A DNA stretch of 64,000 bases from positions 1 to 64,000 of the IMG/VR virus record IMGVR_UViG_3300005100_000002. The stretch is one strand, 5' to 3'. A program made the translations under genes and the position numbers. The notes beneath the pieces are model-generated. The model worked only from the letters and a program-made list of their open reading frames with translations. It was not told where the DNA came from and did not search any database. This document shows, in pieces, positions 9,394 through 16,939 of the stretch (the stretch's first letter is position 1; each line of letters starts with the position of its first letter). The DNA is from a virus.

Positions 9394-10857
9394 TTAGTAA
9401 CCCGTCGCAATATCGACTATATCCGTCTGACAATACCCGCCTTCCTGTGCGTCCCATAGCTGGTATTCTTCGGGCGGTGCAGTCATGGCTACGTTCAGGC
9501 CGGACATACAAAAATAGCGGGCGCAGTCACATAAATGGTCGTGATCCTTGACAATTTTGCCCTTTTCGTCCCTTCGATATATCCGGTATTCTGCAAAAAA
9601 GTTCTGTAGAGAACTAAAGACCTTCAACTGCCCTGCTGCTAACCGTGTCCATACTTTCTGTATTCCGGTTTCGACTGCATTGTCTGCATATGACAGATTA
9701 AGCCCTAAGTCAACATACATGTCAATCAATCTTTTACCGTCCACCTGGCTTGCGCCCTGAGATGCAGGGTCAACCACTCCCGGTATCCAGTCACCTCTTG
9801 CGTTGATCGCAGAAGCATGAATGACAGGTTCAGCAAGCCCCTGATAATGCTCAGAATAGAAATACACGATATCGGATTGTTCGTCCCATGCGCCCCACAG
9901 AGCTGCTGTTCGGTTCCACCCTACGTCTAGAGCATAGGCTCGTGGCCAGGATGGCGGAATCTCGAACGGTTCAACCGTGATATCCGCCTCAGCTATTGGA
10001 TAAATCGCTCCAGATCCAAGCTGTGGTATGCCCTTGGCTCTGGCATCACGCTGATATGCGGGAATAGACTTGAGTAACTCTCGTTTTTGTTGGTCGGTAA
10101 GGTGGGGAGCATCGTCCCAGGTAGCATTGACAACGAATTTGCCGGTCTCGGAGAAGTCTTCCGGGATCTTACCACCGGGCATGAAAGAGAGGACTGTTTC
10201 TGAAAGGCCTAACAGCGGGGTAAAGGTACACATTACTAAGCCATCTGTGGTCATGGTTCGGAGCAGGCATTCTGCGTAGATGCCCAGGTCTGAGGGCTCT
10301 TCATCTAACCAGATTATATCCTTTTCAGTCCCTTGAAATGATTTTCTCTTCTGATCGTAACTTTTTAGGCCTAGATGCGACGTCCCGCCCGACACATGCT
10401 TAACGGCAATAGACTCGACCGTATCAGGAACACTGCCTGCTTTATTTTTTGTACCCTCAAGTAAATCCCCTGGAATCAATCCCGTGCCATAATTTCCGGG
10501 TTCGCCAAGTAGTTTTGTCTGAATAATATCTCTAACGGTTTGAGACGTATCACCTGCTGCCCATGCTGATATCGGACGCTCAAACCTTCTGCCCACCCAC
10601 CAGCCAGGATATCTACCTGTAAGATGCATGGTCAGCTCATAGCCTCCGACGCCTTCAGTCTTCCCGACCCTGTTCGCGCTAACCATGGCTCTTTCTCGAT
10701 ATTGCGCACCCGCCTCAAAAAACTTGCAATGCGGAACGTACAACTCCCTGCGAAGCGGCCCCTCTTCAGGATACATACGAAGAATCTTCGTCCGGCTCCG
10801 TCGTCGATCACGCTCATTCAGCAGATTAAGTAACTCGGCTTTTTTCTGTCTATTCAT
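9394..10857 (-). CDS. terL: terminase large subunit
   Basis: Walker A-like ANRVGKTEG and Walker B IIWLDEEP, with a C-terminal nuclease-type region. Start placed at MNRQKKAELL (ATG at 10857), not at the upstream junk extension to 11013. Confidence 0.9.
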   Translation of the reverse strand: MNRQKKAELLNLLNERDRRRSRTKILRMYPEEGPLRRELYVPHCKFFEAGAQYRERAMVSANRVGKTEGVGGYELTMHLTGRYPGWWVGRRFERPISAWAAGDTSQTVRDIIQTKLLGEPGNYGTGLIPGDLLEGTKNKAGSVPDTVESIAVKHVSGGTSHLGLKSYDQKRKSFQGTEKDIIWLDEEPSDLGIYAECLLRTMTTDGLVMCTFTPLLGLSETVLSFMPGGKIPEDFSETGKFVVNATWDDAPHLTDQQKRELLKSIPAYQRDARAKGIPQLGSGAIYPIAEADITVEPFEIPPSWPRAYALDVGWNRTAALWGAWDEQSDIVYFYSEHYQGLAEPVIHASAINARGDWIPGVVDPASQGASQVDGKRLIDMYVDLGLNLSYADNAVETGIQKVWTRLAAGQLKVFSSLQNFFAEYRIYRRDEKGKIVKDHDHLCDCARYFCMSGLNVAMTAPPEEYQLWDAQEGGYCQTDIVDIATGY

Positions 10858-11159
10858 TGTCCCAACCAGGATTAATAATCTTGTTTTTATCACACATAGC
10901 ACGAGATTCTGATTGGTTAGATAAAATATCATCCTGCAAACGCGATGCTCGTAAAGAAGAATCTCTCTTTTCACGCAAAGAGAAAAGAGATGCGGAAGCT
11001 CTTTCAATTGCAAAAAAGGCTTTATCCTCAGCCAAAGAAGCTAATTTGCTTGCTCGGGAAAGTAACAAAACCGCTCGTAATGCAAAAAATGCTGCATGGA
11101 GCGCAGCTATTATTGCTGTTATTTTTACAGCCATAACTATTTACCTCACGCTCGCTTAG
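10857..11159 (+). CDS. tail-anchored small membrane protein (moron; start uncertain)
   Basis: Lys/Glu/Ala-rich helix followed by the C-terminal TM segment AAWSAAIIAVIFTAITIYLTLA. No in-frame ATG; TTG candidates at 10857 and 10881. Opposite strand to the flanking terminase genes. Confidence 0.35.
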   Translation: MSQPGLIILFLSHIARDSDWLDKISSCKRDARKEESLFSRKEKRDAEALSIAKKALSSAKEANLLARESNKTARNAKNAAWSAAIIAVIFTAITIYLTLA

Positions 11160-11194
11160 TCGCTGACTTTTCTGCCTGTTCAGCAAACTCTCGG

Positions 11195-11497
11195 ATGAAT
11201 TTCGTGCTATATGCCCAAAGTGTCATTTTGATGACCTTCAAGGAACTTACAAAAGCTATAAGTGCTATTGGTGCAATACAATTTCTCATATTTCGGCTCC
11301 TTATGCAGTACGACAAAAAATTAGCCGAAAAAGTTGCCGGAAGCCTTTCCAAAGAAATTGACAAGCCACTATCGCCATCTTTTGCAGGAGGCCAACTATA
11401 CAAAAGTTACATGCAGGCTCTATCCGACATCGCTTCAAATCCAGAACAGCGTGACGAGAAGGGGCGGCCAACGTGGATCCATTTAGTAAAGGATTAA
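11195..11497 (+). CDS. hypothetical protein (moron)
   Basis: About 100 aa from the ATG at 11195 (alternative ATG at 11231). Natural composition: ...KKLAEKVAGSLSKEIDKPLSPSFAGGQLYKSYMQALSDIASNPEQRDEKGRPTWIHLVKD. Confidence 0.4.
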   Translation: MNFVLYAQSVILMTFKELTKAISAIGAIQFLIFRLLMQYDKKLAEKVAGSLSKEIDKPLSPSFAGGQLYKSYMQALSDIASNPEQRDEKGRPTWIHLVKD

Positions 11498-11526
11498 TTT
11501 TCATTCTATACTACTCCTAACAAACC

Positions 11527-11613
11527 ACTTGAGACCGACCATCAGGGTCGGTTCGTTCTCGTAAATGCCTTTAATCCGCCCATTCACAGCGTGGCAGCTC
11601 AGTTCAGACGTTA
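11527..11613 (+). repeat. R-element copy R1 (about 87 nt)
   Basis: cttgagaccgaccatcagggtcggttcgttctcgtaaatgcc...cacagcgtggcagctcagttcagacgtta aligns with the copies at 33031, 37305 and 34533. Its 3' end overlaps the terS stop codon. Confidence 0.7.
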
Positions 11614-12113
11614 GACGTGAGAGCCAATATCCGCTTGTCCAATTCCTCGTCAGATAGTTCCGGGAATAAATCCTTACCGTCTTTTCCAGTGTGCTCGTGC
11701 AAAGTTGGTGCATTCATGCCTTTTACTTTCAGCGCCATGTCAAGCGCGCGTCTTTGCGTTTCAATCGCAGGCACAACACGCTCGTCGGTTACGATGCCCT
11801 CGTGAGCAAAAAACTTTATCTCTTTTACATCGAGTAGAGATAATAGCTTGGTTTTTAAGGCATTTTCGCTTAATCCATTTTCGTCCAGCCAGACATTTAT
11901 CGGTTCCTTTAGCTTCCTGAAGTTCTGACTACCAATCTGATTGCACGATGGCTCGCCGTTACACTTGTATCCAGCGGCCTTCACAGAAGCCGTCTTATTC
12001 AAATATGTAACAGAGTTGGTTTCATCGAGATAAGCTTTCAGCCAAAGGTTCAATTTTGATATCGTTTTAATCGGCGGTTGTCTGGAATTTTTCTTGAGTT
12101 TTTTGAAAGCCAT
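11604..12113 (-). CDS. terS: terminase small subunit
   Basis: 169 aa. The segment TASVKAAGYKCNGEPSCNQIGSQNFRKLKEPINVWL resembles the HTH region of P27-type small terminases. Lies upstream of terL. Confidence 0.7.
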   Translation of the reverse strand: MAFKKLKKNSRQPPIKTISKLNLWLKAYLDETNSVTYLNKTASVKAAGYKCNGEPSCNQIGSQNFRKLKEPINVWLDENGLSENALKTKLLSLLDVKEIKFFAHEGIVTDERVVPAIETQRRALDMALKVKGMNAPTLHEHTGKDGKDLFPELSDEELDKRILALTSNV

Positions 12114-12123
12114 AAAGTCACCT

Positions 12124-12405
12124 CTATGTAAAAATTTCGTTCCTTAACTGCTTGCGCCATCGGTTTATTATTCTTATTTGAGTAGCAGTTGGAGTACCTC
12201 TTTTTCCAAGCGTTGCCACTGTTTGCCTGCTTATCCTATTAAGATAATCCCTAAAACACAACAGCAACTCATCGCACATCGCAAGCTTCTCAAGCGTATC
12301 GCTATTCTCTATCAGCTCGTATATTTCGCTAATGCCTTTTGTCTTCTCGATCCAGCCATAAAAGCTTTGGAATTCTTCAGGGACATTTACCTTCATTTTT
12401 GTCAA
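12124..12405 (-). CDS. hypothetical protein
   Basis: 93-aa ORF directly upstream of terS. Confidence 0.55.
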   Translation of the reverse strand: MTKMKVNVPEEFQSFYGWIEKTKGISEIYELIENSDTLEKLAMCDELLLCFRDYLNRISRQTVATLGKRGTPTATQIRIINRWRKQLRNEIFT

Positions 12406-12441
12406 CTTGCACCCCTTATTTTAGTGAGTTTACAGCAATTG

Positions 12442-12548
12442 CTAATAACATAATGGGAGCTGACTAATAACATAATGGGAGTAGGACTAATAACGTTTTG
12501 TGTGTTGTAAAATGCCAAAAAACTCAATTAGTAATAACATAATGATAG
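12442..12548. repeat. iteron cluster CTAATAACATAATGGGAG
   Basis: Exact 18-mer at 12442-12459 and 12464-12481. Partial copy ctaataacg at 12486. Variant gtaataacataatgatag at 12531-12548. The region is non-coding. Confidence 0.6.
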
Positions 12549-12607
12549 TACTAACCAATTGCATTTAAGATATCAATGCGGGATGGCGCATCAAAAATCT
12601 TATAATC

Positions 12608-12904
12608 TCATAAAATTTCATATTCTGTTAGATTTCTGCCTCCTCCATAAGACCCTTTCTTTTCGATTCTAATCAGCCCTGTTTCTACCAGTTGTTTGAG
12701 TCCTCTTGCAAATGCCTGGTTAAATATTCCTTTTCTTTTTGCTTCTGCGTATGAGCATGTAATAATATTATTAACCGGGATTAATGTTGTTCCTTTGCGC
12801 ATTCTCAATTTTGATCTTAACAAGATATAAACGTAAAGAGACTTGCCTGTCAGTCTGCTTATTTTTTCAAACAAATGGTTTGGTATCGCTGTAAAACTTC
12901 CCAC
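12608..12904 (-). CDS. winged-helix DNA-binding protein (candidate)
   Basis: 98 aa with a GTG start preceded by GAGAGGG. The C-terminal segment FARGLKQLVETGLIRIEKKG is wHTH-like. Confidence 0.55.
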   Translation of the reverse strand: MGSFTAIPNHLFEKISRLTGKSLYVYILLRSKLRMRKGTTLIPVNNIITCSYAEAKRKGIFNQAFARGLKQLVETGLIRIEKKGSYGGGRNLTEYEIL

Positions 12905-12937
12905 TTTGCCCTCTCAAGCACTTCTCACAAGTTATTT

Positions 12938-12991
12938 GGGGGGAAGCCGGGTGAGAGAGTCCGGTTTTCAGGCTTAAGTCCTTATCCCCCC
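12938..12991. promoter_or_regulatory. G6/C6-closed stem-loop between two minus-strand genes
   Basis: GGGGGG (12938-12943) pairs with CCCCCC (12986-12991). An inner AAGCC/GGCTT helix is present. There is no U-tract. Confidence 0.3.
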
Positions 12992-12995
12992 ATGG

Positions 12996-13145
12996 TCAAA
13001 ACTCTTTTTCAAAAAACCTATCGATCGTGTCGAACAATTGTGCTGATGTCACCAGCATACCCTCCTCGTCGTTATTCCGCAGCCACATACTGCCATCGTT
13101 TTCGATTATCAGGAAATACGATTTACTTTTTTCAGTATTTTGCAT
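12996..13145 (-). CDS. small hypothetical protein (49 aa, below cutoff)
   Basis: Hand-translated: MQNTEKSKSYFLIIENDGSMWLRNNDEEGMLVTSAQLFDTIDRFFEKEF. Starts 14 nt after the upstream stop. Confidence 0.4.
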   Translation of the reverse strand: MQNTEKSKSYFLIIENDGSMWLRNNDEEGMLVTSAQLFDTIDRFFEKEF

Positions 13146-13159
13146 TTCGGCAGTTTGTC

Positions 13160-13441
13160 TCACTGCATTGGCCGCCCGTTTCCATCCACGATCTTTTTAT
13201 CCGGTGTAACGATCTTGCTCGGGATAATAGTACCGTTCTCGTCCAGGTGACCAGCTATAGCCTCCTCAAAGAAATGATTAATAACAGCGTCCGTAGCTGC
13301 GCGCATGATTTTTGCAGCGACGTCGAAAGTAGTCGGGAATCCTGTAATGTTGGTTGAACCGTCTGACATGGCGGTGATATGTATCTGTGCTATGGGTTGT
13401 GGGTGTCCTTGGGGTGGTTTGGGTGTTCCGTTGTTACTCAT
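13160..13441 (-). CDS. hypothetical protein
   Basis: 93-aa ORF with AAGGAGG upstream. First gene of the minus-strand late block. Confidence 0.55.
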   Translation of the reverse strand: MSNNGTPKPPQGHPQPIAQIHITAMSDGSTNITGFPTTFDVAAKIMRAATDAVINHFFEEAIAGHLDENGTIIPSKIVTPDKKIVDGNGRPMQ

Positions 13442-13754
13442 ATATAGCCTCCTTTTTAGAAATCTGATATAGGATACAGAGGATATTTCGGATTGTCAAG
13501 CGAAAAAGGAAAAGTGTCCAATGGTGTACAATTTTTACAAGGTTTACTATCGAAGGGCTATCACGCAAAGCGTTCAGTCAATAACTGTCCGATTTTCAGG
13601 CACCAAATGATTATGTAAACTTTTTATATAGAATTAATTATTTATATTCAACTAAAACAGATGGTTGTGATTGTTATAGTCGAGTTGGCATGCTGATTGC
13701 AGTAATATTTTTTTGGAAACAAAAACATTAATCATCGAAAAATAAGGAGGCAAG

Positions 13755-15155
13755 ATGAATTATTTATACACCGGAGACTGTCTTGATATTTTAAGGCAGA
13801 ATATCAAGGCTGAGTCTGTTGATCTGGTTTATATCGACCCACCGTTCAACAGTAAACGAAACTACAACATCTTTTTTGATGACAAGGACATAAAATCTCA
13901 ACGAGTTGCCTTCACCGACACGTGGTCATTGAAAAACACACAGGATTCGTTGAGTGAGTTACAGGCGATGAAGACTGAAAGCTTGCATCAATTATTGATG
14001 GCATATTCGGATGTTGCGCCCTTCGCTTTTCCGTATTTGGTTATGATGTCTTTACGGATTATAGAGCTTCGCAGGGTTTTGAAAGAAACCGGCAGCTTTT
14101 ATTTGCATGTTGATCCAGCTATGAGTCATTATTTGAAAACTATCTGTGATGTAATTTTCGGGATAGGCAAATACCGTAATGAGATTGTCTGGTGTTATTC
14201 AGGTGGGGGTGTGCCACGGAACGATTTCCCTCGAAAACACGATATCATTTTGCGCTACAGTAAAACCAAGGATGTTGTTTTCAATGTTGAGAGAAAAGAC
14301 TATAAGGACAACACCCAGGCGGTTGGCAAACACAGCACACTTAGCAATGGCAATGTTGAGATTGATCTCGAACGTGGCACCCCGGTCACGGATTGGTGGA
14401 CTGACTTGAAAACGATTACCGGATGGGCGAAGGAAAAGTTAGGATACCCCACGCAAAAACCTTTGTCGCTGCTTGAGCGCATTATAAAAACCAGCTCGAA
14501 TAAAGGCGATGTTGTTCTTGATGCGTTTTGTGGCTGTGGAACTACTATAGACGCGGCTGAAAAGCTTGGGAGAAGCTGGATCGGGATTGATATTTCTATT
14601 ATTGCTACTGGCATAATCGAACGAAGATTAAGGGCTACTTTTGGAAAGGTTCTCTCAAAATACAGAGTGAAAGGCATTCCCACTGACGAGCAAACAGCGA
14701 AAAAGCTTTGGGAGCGAGATCCTTTTGCGTTTCAGGACTGGTTCATAACTGAATTTGGAGCATTTTCCTCAACCTTCGGCACAAAGGGCGCTGATAAAGG
14801 AATCGACGGCATTGCAAAATATAGAGCAGGAAGAGACGGCAAGACTATCAGAGCTGGCTTCCAGGTCAAGGGTGGCAAGGTGCAGTCAAAAGATATTGAC
14901 GCCTTGTGGGGTGCGATGAATAAGCATAAATGTGATCTCGGTGTTTTCCTGTCTATCAATAAACTGACCAAGCCAATGCTTGAGACGATATCGAAATCCG
15001 GTTATGCAGAGGCTTCAGGCAAAAAGTTTCCTAAGCTACAATTCTTAACCTTGAAAGATTTTTTTGCGAACAAGCATCTGCGCCTGCCGCCGGAAAACAT
15101 TACTTTTGAATCGGCACGGCTGAAGGGTAAGGGGTTCACGCAGATAGAGTTCTAA
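13755..15155 (+). CDS. beta-class N6A/N4C DNA methyltransferase fused to a C-terminal Mrr-like restriction-endonuclease domain
   Basis: Motif IV IDPPFN precedes motif I VLDAFCGCGTTIDAA. The C-terminal GADKGIDGIAKY...GFQVKGGKVQSKDIDAL matches the Mrr_cat-type PD-(D/E)xK pattern. Strong SD (AAGGAGG). Confidence 0.85.
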   Translation: MNYLYTGDCLDILRQNIKAESVDLVYIDPPFNSKRNYNIFFDDKDIKSQRVAFTDTWSLKNTQDSLSELQAMKTESLHQLLMAYSDVAPFAFPYLVMMSLRIIELRRVLKETGSFYLHVDPAMSHYLKTICDVIFGIGKYRNEIVWCYSGGGVPRNDFPRKHDIILRYSKTKDVVFNVERKDYKDNTQAVGKHSTLSNGNVEIDLERGTPVTDWWTDLKTITGWAKEKLGYPTQKPLSLLERIIKTSSNKGDVVLDAFCGCGTTIDAAEKLGRSWIGIDISIIATGIIERRLRATFGKVLSKYRVKGIPTDEQTAKKLWERDPFAFQDWFITEFGAFSSTFGTKGADKGIDGIAKYRAGRDGKTIRAGFQVKGGKVQSKDIDALWGAMNKHKCDLGVFLSINKLTKPMLETISKSGYAEASGKKFPKLQFLTLKDFFANKHLRLPPENITFESARLKGKGFTQIEF

Positions 15156-15187
15156 GATCTGATCTCACGAAAAGGAGAAAATTGATC

Positions 15188-15388
15188 ATGCAAATAGAAA
15201 AACTACAATACAAACAACCAGGACGGGAGCTGCCCTGCTTCCGTTGTCACGGTATGGCGGCAGAATATAGGGTTACGATGGCTATAGGCGAGCATGGCGG
15301 CAGGCTTATTGTGTGCTTGTGCAAGTCATGCGCGCAACTGACGGAAACCGAGCTTTATGCTCATTTTGTGAGAGGTGCAGAAAAATGA
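15188..15388 (+). CDS. small Cys-rich protein
   Basis: 66 aa from the ATG at 15188, with GGAGA 10 nt upstream. Contains CFRC...CLCKSC. Confidence 0.5.
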   Translation: MQIEKLQYKQPGRELPCFRCHGMAAEYRVTMAIGEHGGRLIVCLCKSCAQLTETELYAHFVRGAEK

Positions 15389-15585
15389 AAAAATTCAAGT
15401 GCCGAATAAGAATCATATCGGCAACTGTGCATGGCAAATCGAATAATGTGGAAATAATTGTTGAAGAGGCTATCGATATTGCTGGTGACATCCAGAGATT
15501 GCTTCGGTCGGTTTGGCTTGATTGTGAATCGGAAGAGTTCTTTTCATTGATGCATGACAAACACTTGGAAGGAGCAAAAAAATGA
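15385..15585 (+). CDS. hypothetical protein
   Basis: 66 aa starting MKKFKCRIR. ATGA overlap with the upstream stop. Confidence 0.5.
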   Translation: MKKFKCRIRIISATVHGKSNNVEIIVEEAIDIAGDIQRLLRSVWLDCESEEFFSLMHDKHLEGAKK

Positions 15586-15806
15586 AAACATACACATGCC
15601 AAAGATGCGGACGAATATTTACAAGCACTCACCCTGGCTGCCCTTATTGTCCAGGCATAGGCAGCCCGCTGCCTATGGATGAATTCACCAAAGACGAGCT
15701 ACTGGACACTATCCGGGTATTGCAGGACATGAATGGAGAGTTGTTGGTTCAGATTGAAGAGCTACGAGAAGATCTGAATGCGGACCTTGCTAATAGGAGG
15801 GCTTAA
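15582..15806 (+). CDS. zinc-ribbon protein
   Basis: 74 aa with CQRCG...CPYCPG. ATGA overlap with the upstream gene. Confidence 0.55.
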   Translation: MKTYTCQRCGRIFTSTHPGCPYCPGIGSPLPMDEFTKDELLDTIRVLQDMNGELLVQIEELREDLNADLANRRA

Positions 15807-15866
15807 GATGACAACACAAGAAATAGATGTAAAAATTAATATGCAGAAAATGCACAGAGAATTATT

Positions 15867-15986
15867 ATGAAACAAGAGACAATAACCAATACCTTGGATC
15901 GTTTGTTAGATTGGCTAATACAAATCAACATCGGCGTTTTTGTGCTGCTCGTGACTCTGATAGTTGCGGACTGGAGGGGGTGGTAA
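15867..15986 (+). CDS. small membrane protein (39 aa, below cutoff)
   Basis: MKQETITNTLDRLLDWLIQINIGVFVLLVTLIVADWRGW. TAATG overlap with the next ORF. Confidence 0.35.
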   Translation: MKQETITNTLDRLLDWLIQINIGVFVLLVTLIVADWRGW

Positions 15987-16159
15987 TGAAAAAAGAACTA
16001 TGGATTGAACTCGGATATAGCATTATCCTGGCAATTATTATTATGTGCGGCGCGCTGCTGGTCGAAAGCACGAACTGGGACTTAGTGGTGCAATCTTGGC
16101 CGTATGACCTGGAGTTTGGGCTTCCTACTGGGTGGGAAGATGCTGTTATTCGACCATAA
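15986..16159 (+). CDS. small membrane protein
   Basis: 57 aa from MKKELWIELGYSIILAIIIMCGALLV. The upstream extension shown in the ORF track is unlikely. Confidence 0.45.
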   Translation: MKKELWIELGYSIILAIIIMCGALLVESTNWDLVVQSWPYDLEFGLPTGWEDAVIRP

Positions 16160-16168
16160 AAAAAGTTC

Positions 16169-16199
16169 TTGACAAATAGATTAAGGCATGCTTTATTAT
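16169..16199 (+). promoter_or_regulatory. sigma70-type promoter with an overlapping palindrome
   Basis: TTGACA (16169-16174), a 17-nt spacer, then TTTATT/TATTAT. The inverted repeat CATGCTT..AAGCATG spans the -10. The first 11 nt (cttgacaaata) are identical to the promoter at 29208. Confidence 0.5.
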
Positions 16200-16204
16200 C
16201 AAGC

Positions 16205-16343
16205 ATGAATCGAATTCTATTAAATATTTTGAATTTTTCCGGTAATCTGAGTTGCTTTAACGCTCAGACCGCTAATTCGACGGCATTAACTCCGGTGAAT
16301 TATATTAAGGGCGATGAGATTAATTTCTTGTCGCCCTTTTTTT
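16205..16343 (+). ncRNA. candidate ~140-nt small RNA (promoter to intrinsic terminator)
   Basis: Bounded by the promoter above and the terminator below. Contains a CCGG/CCGG-closed junction with a CUGAG..CUCAG hairpin. The only ORF has no SD and runs through the terminator. Confidence 0.4.
16307..16343 (+). terminator. rho-independent terminator
   Basis: AAGGGCGAUGAGA-UUAAUU-UCUUGUCGCCCUU forms a 13-bp stem including G-U pairs, followed by a run of U. Confidence 0.6.
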
Positions 16344-16391
16344 ATGCTTAAAAGGATATCAGCCCAATTAGCGCTATCCTGATATCGCCAT

Positions 16392-16856
16392 CTTGTTCTA
16401 TCGGGTTTTCCGATAAGTGGAAATAGAGAGGGCTAATGTATTGTCGCAAGGCAATACGGACTTAATGCTTAACCGGAGAGCTTCTGTATCCGGCAAATTA
16501 AGAGTGTGGGCGCCGAGTGGTAATTCTCGACCCATGACCTGTAGCCTTGAAAAAGGTTGTCCACGGGGCTTGTTATGGTGCATAAGCAATAAAACGCCAT
16601 AGCGGGTGCAGTGAGGGCTAAGTCGCTGTATATAACATGTCGATATGCTTAATGGATGGCATGGGGTTGAACACCACCCAAGAGTTTCGAGTAATATTCC
16701 ATAGCCGAGGATTTTATTGCAGCCCAAACGCTATCTTTCCCCTTAAACACCTTATTTTTAGGGCAAGGAACTGAACAGGGATATAAAAGATTTTAGTTTG
16801 TTTTTATGCTATCGGAAAATCCTATAAGCTTGCTATCGGAAAAACCGATACAAGAA
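16392..16856. mobile_element. ORF-less ~465-bp element bounded by ~25-nt imperfect terminal inverted repeats
   Basis: Left end tcttgttctatcgggttttccgataag. Reverse complement of the right end: tcttgtatcggtttttccgatagcaag. Each end is itself a TATCGG/CCGATA hairpin. An extra partial right-end copy lies at 16809-16829. Confidence 0.35.
16425..16730 (+). ncRNA. candidate large structured RNA (unclassified)
   Basis: Plus-strand hairpins with GNRA loops: GUAUUGUC-GCAA-GGCAAUAC at 16438-16457 and UAGCCUU-GAAA-AAGGUUG at 16542-16559. Nested helix CUUAAU/AUUAAG with CCGGA/UCCGG at 16461-16502. GGGCU occurs three times against a single AGCCC. Only junk ORFs with non-ATG starts. Confidence 0.35.
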
Positions 16857-16939
16857 AAAACACATCGCACTTCTGGAACTCTTTATTCAGATCCTTGGCC
16901 GCTTTCTTCCTGCGATACTCAAGCCAGGCACGGATTGTT

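Noticed and set aside
10850-11403. Minus-strand ORFs 10850..11134 and 11146..11403 as the genes between terS and terL
   Set aside because: Their Leu/Ser/Ala/Phe-rich composition looks like the antisense shadow of the charged plus-strand frames, and one overlaps the terL start. They are kept only as an alternative to be resolved by strand-specific data.
11527-11613. R-elements as tRNA or tmRNA genes, hammerhead ribozymes or integron attC sites
   Set aside because: No cloverleaf can be drawn: there is no T-loop GTTCRA in the right place and no D-arm. The hammerhead core CUGAUGA...GAAA is not present on either strand; only CUGAUGG occurs, in one copy. There are no paired R'/R'' core sites and no integron integrase.
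16169-16351. The 60-aa plus-strand ORF across the candidate sRNA
   Set aside because: Its listed start is the TTG of the -35 hexamer. The only ATG (16205) would be leaderless with no SD, and the frame runs through the terminator stem.
16398-16727. The 109-aa minus-strand ORF and the 61-aa plus-strand ORF (16417..16602) as real genes
   Set aside because: Both use non-ATG starts, lack ribosome-binding sites and have Cys/His/Leu/Arg-heavy, junk-like composition. They coincide with a region dense in hairpins. The region is treated as non-coding RNA or element sequence.
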